The notes below the pieces were generated by a model. The model searched no databases and was not told where the DNA came from. It saw nothing but the letters and a program-made list of their open reading frames with translations. A stretch of 64,000 nucleotides of DNA, from contig OX597816.1 of assembly GCA_951406725.2 (NCBI GenBank), positions 58,218,001 through 58,282,000 of the forward strand, written 5' to 3'. Below are positions 25,323 through 38,960 of this stretch, in pieces (within the stretch, counting starts at the first letter, position 1; each line of letters starts with the position of its first letter). This DNA is from Octopus vulgaris. Its lineage: Eukaryota. A program made the translations under genes and the position numbers.

Positions 25323-28029
25323 TAGACGTGTCGCCAATGCCCGCTAACCGTGGTGGTGAGCTGGTAAACACACACACACACACACAATCACTGACGTATC
25401 CTTTTGTTTGTTTGATTTCTTTTTTCTTTTTTTCACCTGGTGACCCTTGTACTCATCCAGACTTAGCAACGACGAGGGAAGTTGAGTGGACACAGGAAAT
25501 GTGTGAATGGCGACGGGGTTTGGTGGATGGAAGGAGCAATGAGAAAGAGAGAAGAGGTGGAAGATGCTATGAATTGAACAAAATAACGCTATTTTTATTT
25601 GAACTAATCGCTCATATTAAAATGCACATACACGTGTATGTATACACCTCGTCGCTTTCTATCTCTCCGCGTACATACATACATAGTTCAGGTTACAAGC
25701 TCAGGTTTATACCGATAATTATTGGGGCCCTGAGATATGTAACACACTGCCTAAATACCAATCTTGAGAAATTAGGCTTCTCAAAACCAGAAAGGAGAAA
25801 GCTAATTCGAAAACTACAGATCTAATCCATCACTGGAACTGTAAAAATCTGTGAAGCTTTCCAGAAGTTTATCATTTGGGGGTCGATAAAATAAAATACC
25901 TTTCGAGCACCGGGGATTGATACAATCGACTAGCCCCCTCTCCCACCTCCCTACAAAAGATCTCAGGTCTTGTGAAGGGGTATTTTACCGAATTCCTTTT
26001 AGTTACCGAAATGGCTTGCAATAGTTGCACACCGTGCAATAAATTAGCCGACAAGGGAGCAGTGGGTATGATCTGTGTAGAGCCAGTATCACTCTCTCGT
26101 CCGTCAAAATTGTGGGATATTTATAACCATTTGCCAAGGGACCAATCCCATGCTCTCAACACCGAAGTCCCATTTTTCGTCAACCCTTGGCTTTTCAACC
26201 GCACACAGTCTCCAGTTTTTGAAACTTACATGGTTTTCATTAAATTGGAAGTTTGATTCGTATGTAAAGTCAAAACTATGAATCGATATAAAACTGTTTT
26301 TTTTTCTTCTTATCTACTCTAGGCACAAGGCCCGAAATTTTGGGGCCCCGTCGATTAGATTGATCACCAGTACGCATCTAGTATTTAATTTATCGACTCC
26401 GAAAAGATAAAAGGCAAAGTCGACCGCGGCGGAATTTGAACTCAGAACACAAAGAGAGACGAAATACCTATTTCTATTTCTTTACTACCCACAAGGGGCT
26501 AAACACAGAGGGGACAAAGAAGGACAGACAAACGGATTAAGTCGATTATATCGCCCCCAGTACGTAACTGGTTCTTAATTTATCGACCCCGAAAGGATGA
26601 AAGGCAAAGTCGACCTCGGCGGAATTTGAACTCAGAACGTAACGGCAGACGAAATGCGGCTACGCATCTCGCCCAGCGTGCTAACGCTTCTGCCAGCTCG
26701 CCGCCTTTGAATGCTTATAAAATTAGACAAAACCAAAAAAAAGGAAAAAAAAAAAAAAAGTAGAACAAAGGTGCTTCTAAAATTTGTGTTCGGTAAGGCT
26801 ACGATCTGGTAAAATCGTTGCTATGCGGGGAAAATTGCATAGCGGCACTTTTTCTGACGTTACGTTTTGAGTTCAAATACCGCTGAGGTCAAATTTGCTT
26901 ATCATCCTTTCGGGGCTTGATAAGTACCAACTGAATACGGGGACGATGTAATCGACCTACCCTCTTTCTCCACTGACCTTACGCCTAAATTTGATGCCAA
27001 CGTTTGTGTTCAGTCAGTTTCCACTGAACAGAGCTCTTTTATTCTTTTACTTGTTTCAGTCATTTGACTGTGGCCATGCTAGAGCACCGGGAATTATCCT
27101 TTGTAAGCCTAGTACTTATTTTATTGGTCTCTTTTGCCGAACCGCTAAGTTACGGGTACGTAAATACACCATCGGTTATCAAGCGATGTTGGGGTGGGGG
27201 ACAAACACAGACACACAAGCACACACACACACATACGACGAGTTTCTTTCAGTTTCCGTCTACCAAATCCGCTCACAAGTCTTTGGTCGGCCCGAGGCTA
27301 TAGTAGAAGACACTTACCCAAGGTGCCACGCAGTGAGACTGAACCCGGGACCATGTGGTTGGTAAGCAAGCTACTTACTACACAGCCTGTGTGTTATTTA
27401 TTATCAAAGGATGTTCTAACGGCAAACATCCTCTCGTTTCTTCCAGGTACAATATACAAACACATTATCTAATGTTATTGTAGGGATTTGGCTGCTATAT
27501 CTAGCAGGTTCCTTTGCCTCTCATTTCACTTCACTCTCAATTATAAGGCGATGCTATTCTTACATCTTTCCACCCGCCCACCGCAGACACAGCGACCAAA
27601 GAGACTGCCGGGACGACAACAATAGAAGTGGGAGGTGATTGTTGTAGTGGTGGTGGGAGGAATGGCGGTAGTTGTGGTGAAGGTGAAGAGGGTGAGGGGT
27701 GAGGGAAAACTATGTTAGGGTGGGGGGATGGATGGTGGTGTAAGATGACGACGGGAATATAGAAATCAAGGGAAGACGAAGAAGAAATAATGGAGATGAT
27801 GACGAGGATGATGATGATGATGACAGTGTTAGCAGCGGTGATAGTGGTGGATATAGTAGAGAGAAAGAGGGAGTGGGTAGGTAATGATGGTGGGGGGTTG
27901 GAGGGTGGGTTGGGGTGGAAGAGGAAGAAACAAATTGTTGACGTTGTTAAAATGTTTGACGCGGCAAACCATTCGTTAAATAAGTCCAGCAACAACAACA
28001 AAGATAACAAGACTAACGCAAACACGCAT

Positions 28030-28033
28030 AATA

Positions 28034-28082
<49 letters not shown>

Positions 28083-28169
28083 ATATGTATGTATATATAT
28101 ATATATGTATATATGTATATGTATGTATGTATGTATGTATGTATATATATATATATATGTATATATATG

Positions 28170-28201
<32 letters not shown>

Positions 28202-28297
28202 TATATGTATGTATACATGTATATATATATTTATATATCTATCTATCTCTCTCTCTATATATATATGTATGTATGTATGTATGTATATATATGTATA

Positions 28298-28335
<38 letters not shown>

Positions 28336-28663
28336 AGGTCACAGATATACACAACTAGAACAGTAAAAAAAAAAGAACAAAACACTGCAACATTCCAGAA
28401 ACTTCCAGTTCTCCCCCCCCCAGCATAATAAACAAAACATAAAAGACCCTGACAAATATGTGTGAGTGTGTGTGTGTGTATATACGTCTATATATATATA
28501 TATATGTATGTATGCAAGTTTGTGCGTGCGTGTGTGAGAATGTATGTGTGTGTATATGTATGTATATATGAGTGTGTGCATCTGTATGTGTGTAAATGTA
28601 AGTACGTGTGTGAATGTGTGTGCGTTGCGTGCGTATATGTATGCGGCTTTGTGTATGGGTGTA

Positions 28664-28727
<64 letters not shown>

Positions 28728-29150
28728 TATATATATATGTATATATATGAATGTGTATGCATAGGTGTATCTGCATATACAAACGGTACGAATGTATGTA
28801 TGTATGTCTGTGTGTATGTATGTATATGTGTATGTCTATGTGTATGTATGTATGTATGTGTGTATGTATGTATGTAGGTATGTATATGTTTACGTATGTA
28901 TATGTGTATGTATGTATGTCTGTCTGTCTGTGTGTATGTGTGTATGTATATGTGTATATATGTATGTCTGTGTGTGTGTATGTATGTATATGTGTATGTA
29001 TGTCTATGTGTATGTATGTATGTATGTCTGTGTGTGTGTATGTATGTATGTGTATGTATGTATGTGTATGTATGTATGTATGTATGTATGTCTGTCTGTA
29101 TGTATGTCTGTGTGTATGTATGTATATGTGTATGTATGTATGTATGTGTG
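28030..29150. repeat. Compound (TA)/(TATG)/(TG) microsatellite field
   Basis: Direct reading; source of many spurious YIYI/CVCM ORFs. Confidence 0.95.
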
Positions 29151-29334
29151 TATCTCTGTTTTCTTATTGTATAAATGTGCTCGAGTGTGCGCATTCACGT
29201 GAAAGCGTGTATGGGTGTATATATTTGTACGGTGTTTATATGGATCCGTATACGCGTGGCTGTGTGAGTGTATGTTTAATTAAACGTTTGTTATTTTGTA
29301 TGTGTGTGTGTGTGACTGAACATCTGCGCGTGAG

Positions 29335-29386
<52 letters not shown>

Positions 29387-29710
29387 CCATCATCATCATC
29401 GTCATCACCATCACCTGTAGCGTCAGCATCAGCATCGCCTCAACGTCCATTTTTAGAAATTGTCGAGGCTGATTTTTTTATGGCTGGACGCTCTTTCCGT
29501 CACCAACTCTCATCTCTTTCCAAACAAAGGAATGTTACTTTGTGGCCAGGCATGATTATTATTATTATTATTTCTTTTAACAGGAGACCAAGGATGAACA
29601 ACATCGCTTGTATGATAGTGATGCTCGTTTACAACCATCACGCGATGTCAAGGCATGTGCGCATTCAGTCACCTATCTATCTACCTACCTACCTACTTAT
29701 GTGCACGTGA

Positions 29711-29749
<39 letters not shown>

Positions 29750-29898
29750 TTCTCTCCTTGTTTTTTTCTGTGTCCCTTTGTGTAGAAGAGCGTAGGCTCG
29801 AAACGTAAAAGACTTTTTCTATTCCTGAGCGTTATACTAATACATCTGTTTGTTTTGTATACTACCTGTCTTCGTCTTTTGTTTTTTTCGTAAACTCT

Positions 29899-29939
<41 letters not shown>

Positions 29940-29967
29940 CACGCACACATACATACATGTCAGCTCT

Positions 29968-30348
29968 CACTATCAGTATGTGAACTAAGGTAACACCTAT
30001 TATTTTTCGAGTACCTTCCGGAGTACTCGAGCGGTTCCAAGCAGTGCTGCTTTCTGCAAATGCTCCACCCTTATTGCAGCCCCTATTTGTTCCACGTACT
30101 TCTCGAGAATTTTGCTCGCTGTTCCCACAGCTCCGACAGTTTTTGGTATTACTGCTACCTTTTTCATCGACCACAACTGCTTAACTTCCCAAGCTAACCT
30201 GTCATATCTCTCGACTTTTCTGTCTTCCTCATCGCATACCTTGTTGTCAGCTGAGCATGCTATATCTATGATCCAGCATAGTTTGCTTTCTTTCTCTCTC
30301 AATTAAGACTATGTCTGGCTTCCTATTCTCTATCTCATGGTCGCACTT
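29968..30348 (-). mobile_element. Second, shorter copy of the same R4/Dong-type element
   Basis: Near-identical to 51780-52140 (CDHEIENRKPDIV...KAALLGTARVLRKVLEK*). Its 5' junction abuts (ATT)n. Confidence 0.85.
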
Positions 30349-30371
30349 ATCATTATCATTATTATTATTAA

Positions 30372-30422
<51 letters not shown>

Positions 30423-31299
30423 CATCATTTTTAGTAAAGTGGTTTAATGTTAAGTAGATTGTTTGCGAGATCTTAAGCAAGAATCGAATGCCTAATGCGT
30501 TTGCTGACTAATTAAATAAAAGGTTATCCACCTACTGGTAAGGAATTTACTTGTCGGTAAACATATAACTACCGGCTTTCGATGAAGAATAAACAACAGC
30601 AAAACACAGCGCACAAGTCTTTTCTGTTAAGTCAATGTTTAGTACAAGGAAGATGACGTCACTGTACAAGCCCAGTGTGTCATTAGATTTGCTGATGTCC
30701 TTGTTGGCCACCTCGTCCAAGTCATGGCTGTGTGGTTTGCAATCACGAGATTACCGGTTCAGTCCCACTGCGGGGCACCTTGAGCAAGTGTTTTCTACTA
30801 TACTCCGGGTCGAGCAATTTCTTGTGAGTGAATTTGGTAGACGGAAACTGTGAGGAAACCTGAAATATATACATGTGTGCGTGCGCACGCGCGCGTTTGT
30901 CTTCCACCGCTTGACAACCGGTATTGGTTTGTTTATGCCCCCGTAATTTAACGGATCCGCAAAAGAGACCGATAAAATAAGCACCAGATTTAAAAACTTG
31001 CACTGGGGTCGTTTTGTTCGACTAAATTCTTGAAGTCGGTGCCCCAGCATGGCCGTAGTCCAATGACTGGAACAAGTAAAAGATAAAAGATATTTATCTA
31101 TCTACCACACATGCTTAAAGAAACTTGTACACACGGGCGCAGGAGTGGCTGTGTGGTAAGTAGCTTGCTTCGCAACCACATGGTTCCGGGTTCAGTCCTA
31201 TTGCATGACACTTTGGGCAAGTGTCTTCTACTATAGCCTCGAGGCGACCAAAGACTTGTGAGTAGATTTGGTAGACGGAAACTGAAAGAAGCCCGTCGC

Positions 31300-31334
<35 letters not shown>

Positions 31335-32759
31335 CGTATGTCTGGGTGTCTGTGTTTGTCCTCCCACCATCGCTTGACAACCGATGTTGGTGTGTTTACA
31401 TATCCGTAACTTAGCGGTTCGGCAAAAGACACCGATAGAATAAAGACTAGGCTTACAAAGAATAAGTTCTGGGGTCGATTACTTTGACGAAAAGGCGATG
31501 CTCCAGCATGGCCGCAGCCAAATGACTGAGACAAGTAAAAGAACGAAGGAACATATTGTCAACACCATCATCTGCTTTCCATGCTGGCATGGGTTGGACG
31601 ATTCGACACGCTCTAGTGAGCCAGAGGTCTGCATCAAGCTCGTCCGTTCTGATATGGTTTCTATGGCTGGATGCTTTAACTAATGCCAACCACTTTATAG
31701 AATGGATTGCGTACTTTTTGTGTGGCACCGACACTAGTGAAGTTGCCAAGTACTTTGCAAGTCAAAGAAAGAGAAGATAGACGTCCCTCAACTGATTGGG
31801 GTTGTGGTGGAAAGGGAGATGTTGAGAGGTTAAAGTATGAGAGAGAGAGAGGGGGGGGCAAGGGTGCTTTGCTATAGATGAAATACATGGTTACCCTGCA
31901 TTATATACGGGTGGATGAGAGTAGCTGGGAAGGCGGCAAAGTTGGTGGAGACCAAGATGTCAGAGTATGTAGTCAAGATAGGAGATGGTGAGTATAAGGG
32001 AAAATATGGAGATAGAATGAGGAAGGGTGGGAGGATGGGTTTATTAGAGAGAGTAAGAGGAAAGTGGGAGAGGGGAGAAGGAGGGGGTAGAGGTGATTGT
32101 AGTTGAATGAAAACAAGAGCCGAAGGTGTTGTTGAGGGTAAATATCCGAATGCAAAGTGGCGAAGATGAAAGAAATAGAAGTTGAAGAAAGAGGAGGTGA
32201 TAAATGGGAGTAGAGGGAAGGGAGGGAGGTGAACAGCAGAATAAATAAACCTGTAAATAGACCAAAAGACAGGGAGATGATGTGGGGGTGGGGAGTGGAA
32301 GAGAGAGATGTGTGCGTGCACGGCTGTGTAGTTAAGAAGTTCGCTTCCACTGTGGTTTGAGTTTCACCCCCACCCCGCTTGATACATTGAGCAAGTATCT
32401 TGGTCGACCAAGGTATTTTTTACGAATGGATTTGGTCGACGGAAATTGTATATGCATGAGTGTGTTTATGTCGCTTTGTCGTGACGTTGCGCGTTAATAG
32501 TAAACAAATGTCACCGTCATACATACGGTGTCGTTCGTTTGTGATCTTGAGGGAAAATCCTGCCCAGCTATTCTGCTATTCGTGTTCGAAGGACCAGAGG
32601 AATATTTATCTTATTTGGAAACAGGTGAGGGTTGACGTAGAAAATCTGCCTCAACGAATTTCGTCTAATCCATGCAAGCATGGGAAAGAGGACGTTAAAA
32701 TGATGAAGTGAATGAAGATAGGATGATGATGAATGTACGAATATGTAAGTTTGACTTAC

Positions 32760-32960
32760 CTAGACCATAGATTATGTCAGATGATGATACGTGCTTCTGC
32801 CAAATTTTAGTATTAAGGAATTGGTGTATACTGGCACCGATTGCCATTTGGTGTCCGGTAACGAACATTACTCCGACCGCATCGATGAGATCTTGGATGT
32901 TCTGTGGCATTGTATCTGCTAAACAGCCCAGTCGCGAACCGAAGAGAACATAACCGACAG
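32760..32960 (-). CDS. CYP exon: VGYVLFGSRLGCLADTMPQNIQDLIDAVGVMFVTGHQMAIGASIHQFLNTKIWQKHVSSSDIIYGL
   Basis: 201 nt, cag/gtaag, phase 1 to 1. VLFGxRLGCL is characteristic of the mito clan. Confidence 0.95.
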
Positions 32961-33075
32961 CTGAATGATAAAGAATCAGAAACCAGTTTTAAAAAGCTTG
33001 AAAATTCGGAATTGGATTGAGAAAATCAGTATTTTAAGTCGAGTTAAATATAAAATTCAGATTTGAACTACTTAC

Positions 33076-33266
33076 ATTCTGTGGCCCATTTGTAAAGTTC
33101 GTTTTGTAACAAGTCGACTGTATTGTCTTCTTTTCGGATTTTACGTATTCTTGTTAACAAATCTAACGCTACGCTATTTAACTGGTCTGTATAACATGTG
33201 ACTGCTTGAGGCCGCATCAATCGTGGGGCGATAGCACTGCGGTATTTGTACCACTTGTGATCTGCT
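33076..33266 (-). CDS. CYP exon: ADHKWYKYRSAIAPRLMRPQAVTCYTDQLNSVALDLLTRIRKIRKEDNTVDLLQNELYKWATE(S)
   Basis: 191 nt, cag/gtaag, phase 2 to 1. Contains the C-helix WxxxR (WYKYR) and LYKWATE. Confidence 0.95.
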
Positions 33267-33721
33267 CTGTCAAAACAAATATATATACTTGAGATATTGA
33301 AGAAGTGTTTCGAAGATAGAATTCTGTTGTAGAATTCCTTTAACGGAAACGGAAGTGTTTTCAGAGTTTAAACTTAATACAAAAAAATGAATCTTTCTCA
33401 CTCTCAATACATGCTGTTAAACATGAACGGAAGTTAACAAACCAAACAACAATTATAATCTAAAATGTAAGAGGGGCAGGCGTGGCTGTGTGGTCAGTGA
33501 AGTTTACTTCCCAGCCAGGTGGTCCAGGATTTATTGGAACAGGTAATTTATTCTTTTACTTCTTTCAGTCATTTGATTGCGGCCATGCTGGAGCATAGCC
33601 TTATTCTTCGTAAACTAGTACTTGTTCTATCGGTCGTCTTTACCGAACCGCTAAGTTACAGGGACGTAAACACACCAACATCGATTGTCAAACGATGGCA
33701 GGGGGAGAAACACAAACACGC

Positions 33722-33851
<130 letters not shown>

Positions 33852-35256
33852 ATATGTATCAAATGAAATAAAATGAAAAACAGGACAGATATAGATAGAT
33901 AGATAGTTTCCGTCTACCAAATCCACTCACAAGGCTTTGGTCAGCCCGGGGCTATAGTAGAAGACACTTGCCCAAGGTGCCACGCAGTGGAATCATGTGG
34001 TTGGGAAGCGAGCTTCTTACCACACAGCCACTCCTGCGTTTTGTTTTTTTGTTTCATTTTCTTTCCTTGTAATCCTCCTCATCACTGAACGCCCATCTTC
34101 TATAGTCAGGACAGATTGACGGGATCCTACGGGTGCGAAGATTTGCATTGTGCTCCGATGTTTGTTTGGGCAACATTTCTATGGCCGTGTTCCCCCCTTC
34201 CTAACTAACGTTACCCACTTAACAGTATGTATTGAGTGCTCTTATCGTGGTATCAACACTAATGGTATGATCATGCAACTCGCAGAACTAAGCCAAATCG
34301 CTTCTGACTGAGTGGGGCCACGGTAGAGAGAAAGGCTACGAGGTGGGAGGCTAAGATATGAGAGAAAAGCCCAGGACACAACTGATCTCTACTCGTAAAA
34401 GAGAAGCTGGGAAGTGACTAGGGTGAAGGTGGAAAGAGAACTAAAATAATGATGATGAGGTGAGAAGAGAGACGCAAAGGATATTAGGTAAGAAGAAACA
34501 AGGGAAAAGAATGTGTGGATGGGTAGAGAAGGAGGGTCAGGGAATGACATGTGTAATATTTTTATTAATTACTCCCCCCCCCAAAGTTATGACTCCACAG
34601 GAGTGGCTGTGTGGTAAGTAGCTTGCTAACCAACCACATGGTTCCGGGTTCAGTCCCACTGCGTGGCATCTTGGGCAAGTGTCTTCTGCTATAGCCTCGG
34701 GCCGACCAAAGCCTTGTGAGTGGATTTGGTAGACGGAAACTGAAAGAAGCCTGTCGTATATATGTATATATATATGTATGTGTGTGTATATGTTTGTGTG
34801 TCTGTGTTTGTCCCTCTAGCATTGCTTGACAACCGATGCTGGTGTGTTTACGTCCCCGTCACTTAGCGGTTCGGCAAAAGAGACTGATAGAATAAGTACT
34901 GAGTTTACAAAGAATAAGTCCCAGGGTCGATTTGCTCGACTAAAGGCGGTGCTCCAGCATGGCCGCAGTCAAATGACTGAAACAAGTAAAAGAGTAAAAT
35001 AGTAAAGAGTACTCCAAAATAAAAAAAAGCGCATTCGATAAGGTCAAAATGGTGCGTTGAAAGTGGAAGGATTTGATTGGTTAAAATTACAAAAATTATT
35101 TAATCATCGAACGTTTGTAACTTTTTTTTATTAGTGATTTCTCAAAAAAACAAAAAAACAAAACAAAACAAAACAAAAACAGTTGTGACTTTAGTAATTG
35201 GCATGAAAAGTAACATGGGTGTAGAACTGTTTAAAAATATTAGAAGTAGCAAACGA

Positions 35257-35490
35257 CGGCGAGCTGGCAGAATCGTTAGCACGTCGGGCGAAATGCTTAG
35301 CGGTATTTCGGCTGCCGTTACGTTCTGAGTTCAAATTCCGCCGAGGTCGACATTGCCTTTCATTCTTTCGGGATCGATAAATTAAGTACCGGTTACGCAT
35401 TGGGGTCGATGTAACCGACTTAAACCCTTTGTCTGTCCTTGTTTGTCCCCGCTATGTTTAGCCCCCTGTGAGCAATAAAGAAATAAATAT
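35257..35490 (+). mobile_element. SINE family B representative. Copies at about 13283-13450, 26380-26706, 36590-36782, 40560-40990, 48281-48510, 53770-54190, 61551-61930
   Basis: GGCGAGCTGGCAGAATCGTTAG...GAGTTCAAATTCCGCCGAGGTCGAC..GCCTTTCATCCTTTCGGGGTCGATAAATTAAGTACC, repeated many times. Confidence 0.88.
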
Positions 35491-36233
35491 TAGAAGTAGC
35501 ATATCAAACCGAAAAGATTTGGTCTACGATCCAAGTACAGGAACGTCTGCCGAATAGAACCGACAAGGTTTTGGTCGACATGAAGCTACAAGCAGTGGAA
35601 GGAACTTGAAACTAAGTAGGTATAAAATAATTTTTTTAGCAACACAACCTGGATGGCGTCTATCGTAGGATGGTCGTGAATCTAAGAAGACAAGATGTCC
35701 AAATTTGCCCTTTTAATTTACTCAGTTTTGGGGGACCTGCAACGCTGACAGGTGTTGTTATTCCACTAAAAGGAGAAAGAATTCTCCAGCTCGTATCTCA
35801 TATTAGCTTCTAGATTTTCGGTAATCCAGCATTGAAAATAGATCCAAATTAAATTTAAGAACCTCTGCCAGACTTGTTTAGAACACTGTGTGTGTGTGTG
35901 AGGGTTGGTGGAAAGGCAACTCCCGAGAAAAAACAGTTTAATTAATAAACAAGTGTTGATTATATCCAGCTGAAGAGAAATTTGTTGAGAATTGTATATA
36001 GACACACCCTTTGGGAAGAAATTAATAGCGGTGTGTCGATAGCTTTACGGCATCGATGCCTAACAGTCCAGAACTCAAGGAAGGGAAAAAAAACAAAAAC
36101 AAAAAACAAAAAAGAAAACTTCGTTCGTTGAAATTTTATTTCCATTTATTCATGATAACACTAAGGTACAAAAATATATTTATACATACACGTGTGTGTA
36201 TAAATATATATGTATATATATATATACACACAC

Positions 36234-36281
<48 letters not shown>

Positions 36282-36368
36282 CCTTCTTTCCTGAGCGTCC
36301 AATAATACTATATTTGTTCCACGTCCTCGCGTTGCTGTGTTTTTCTGTGCTTTCTTGTTTGGATTAAC

Positions 36369-36407
<39 letters not shown>

Positions 36408-36511
36408 CATTCAGAGAAATCAGTGATCCGATTAAATCTCAGATCATCAGCGCTACTCAACAGTAGAATATTTGGGATGCACACACACACACGTAATAGA
36501 AAATTACCATT

Positions 36512-36567
<56 letters not shown>

Positions 36568-36807
36568 TAATTTCAAATTTTGCCTCAAGGGCAGCCATTT
36601 TGGAAGAGGGGATAAGTCGATTACATCGACCCTAGTGTTTCATTGGTACTAAATTAATCGACCCCGAAAGGATGAAAGGTAAAGTGGAGCTCGGCGGAAT
36701 TTGAACTCAGAACGTTAGCGGCAGACGAAATGCCGCTAAGCATTTCGCCCGGCGTGCTAACGATTCTGCCAGCTCGCTACCTTAATCATAATAATAATGA
36801 TAATGAC

Positions 36808-36876
<69 letters not shown>

Positions 36877-36904
36877 GCTAATAATAATAATAATTCTTAC
36901 TTAC

Positions 36905-37095
36905 GCCGTCATTAAACCCGTTTCTTTCTTTCTTAATTCTTTATAAAGCACCCAGCTCTGATACGGTGGCCGATTCGGATGTTTTCCCTCGTTTCGCATG
37001 AATTCTTCCACTAAGTCTGGGTCTGCGAGGCCTACGTTGATATGCGGGCCAAAGTTTAACCTGAACATCCGGCCGTATTTTTCGTGGAATTTTAA
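36905..37095 (-). CDS. Mitochondrial-clan cytochrome P450, first exon found (equivalent to exon 2): LKFHEKYGRMFRLNFGPHINVGLADPDLVEEFMRNEGKHPNRPPYQSWVLYKELRKKETGLMT(A)
   Basis: 191 nt, AG acceptor after a polypyrimidine tract, GTAAG donor, phase 0 to 2. The KYG...DP...EGKHP.R pattern is typical of mito-clan CYPs. Confidence 0.93.
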
Positions 37096-37598
37096 CTTTT
37101 GACAAAAAAAAAAAAAAAAGAAGAAGAAGAAAAAGAAAAATATAAATAAGTGAACTTGACTTGAGTCGAGTGACTAAAGAAAACAGTGTATGGCTATAAT
37201 TCGATCCCTCATTCTATAAGGTGACCCACGCTTCAATAGCAAACAGGTTGTACCGTTCATATACATGGTGGGAACATATACATACATACATACACACATA
37301 CATACATATATATATGTATGTATATCACCGTGACCGACCAGGCTATCAGATGTTGCTACAAATCGCTGGTCACAATGCGCTTCGCATTGTTTTAGCCTTC
37401 AAATGACGCCATCCCGCTGGCTAAGCAAGCAGGCCAACAAGAAACAGTGAGAGAAAGTTGTGGCGAAAGAGTACGGCAGGGATCGCCACCACCCCCTGCC
37501 GGAGCCTTAGGTGTTTTCGTTCAATAAACACTCACATCGCCTGGTCTGGGAATCGAAACCGCGTGTCCGCTGCCCTAACCACTGGGCCATTGCGCCTC

Positions 37599-37652
<54 letters not shown>

Positions 37653-37926
37653 ATTTAAATAATAATAAAAGGGTAAAATTAATTAATTAATTAATTAATT
37701 AATCAATTAATTAATTAATATTTTTACCAAATAGTTCGGTACGTTAAAATAACCTAAGATAAAACAATACAAATATTCTATAATTATAAACATAATTATA
37801 ATCAGGGGTCTGCTAATTCGATGCTGCGTGGCGAGGCAATTAGCTGACCCATGATTATAATTATGTTTTTAATTATAAAATTGAGCCCTAAAGCTTCATC
37901 AAGTTGTTTGATTCTTACCACTATGG

Positions 37927-38408
37927 ACTCTCTAATGAAGCTCTGGGGCTCAGTTTATTTTCCAACTTCTGTTCATGCTGGACTCCCAAAGTTTTTTTGG
38001 AAGCACTCCGTCGGTTACGACGACGAGGGTTCCGGTTGATCCGAATCAACGGAACAGCCTGCTCGTGAAATTAACGTGTAAGTGGCTGAGCACTCCACAG
38101 ACACGTGTACCCTTAACGTAGTTCTCGGGGAGTTTCAGCATGACACAGAGAGTGACAAGGCCGGTTCTTTGAAATACAGGTACAACAGAAACAGGAAGTA
38201 AGAGTGAGGGAAAGTTGTGGTGAAAGAGTACAGCAGGGATCACCACCATCCCCTGGCGGAGCTCGTGGAGCTTTTTAAGTGTTTTCGCTCAATAAACACT
38301 CACAACGCCCGGTCTGGGAATCGAAACCGCGATCCTATGACCGCGAGTCCGCTGCCCTAACCACTGGGCCATTGCGCCTCCACACAAAGTAGAAACAGCT
38401 GTAAGAGT
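37927..38408 (+). ncRNA. Type I hammerhead motif split by a SINE insertion (G5A core change)
   Basis: After removing SINE 37993-38382 and one TSD copy: ACTCT-CTAATGA-A-[GCTCTGGG...CCCAAAGT]-A-GAA-ACAGCTGT-A-AGAGT. Confidence 0.65.
37993..38382 (-). mobile_element. tRNA-derived SINE family C with an 8-bp TSD. Same head at 16269-16564(+) and 37325-37600(-); tail-only piece at 46498-46610(-)
   Basis: Head TGGAGGCGCAATGGCCCAGTGGTTAGGGCAGCGGACTCGCGGTC...GGTTTCGATTCCC, A-tail, TSD CCCAAAGT (37985-92) / CACAAAGT (38383-90). Confidence 0.9.
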
Positions 38409-38575
38409 AAAATTCTCTTCTCTCTTTTATTCTTATTTATTTGTTTATTTATCCAAATGATTGTAATTAATAAATAGATCAAACTGATGTTTGCCGATTA
38501 GTTATCTTCTCCAGATTCTTCTTTGCTTTATATATGAGTTCATTGTTTAAACCTCGCCAAGATAAATATTTTAAC

Positions 38576-38639
38576 CACCTGATGAATGACTGTAACTCGA
38601 AAATTTAAAGAAATTAACAGCCATGAAACGATCGTAGTG
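38576..38639 (+). ncRNA. Type I hammerhead ribozyme motif (canonical core) in a Penelope-like pLTR
   Basis: CAC-CTGATGA-[ATGACTGT...ACAGCCAT]-GAA-ACGATCGT-A-GTG: 3-bp stem I, 8-bp stem II with 1 mismatch, palindromic stem III, GUA site at 38634-38636. Confidence 0.75.
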
Positions 38640-38835
38640 TTATATTAATTATATTTTTTTAATAATTTTGTTATATATTTAAATAATCTTATGTATTGGC
38701 TTAAGTTTCTCATTGTATGATTTGCCTAATAGTGGTTTTGTCTCTAATTTAATATAATATAATATTTTACTATAAAATTGGATTCAATCCTAAATCTGAT
38801 TTTTCCCTGTAAGTTTGGATTTATTCCCTAATATT

Positions 38836-38960
<125 letters not shown>

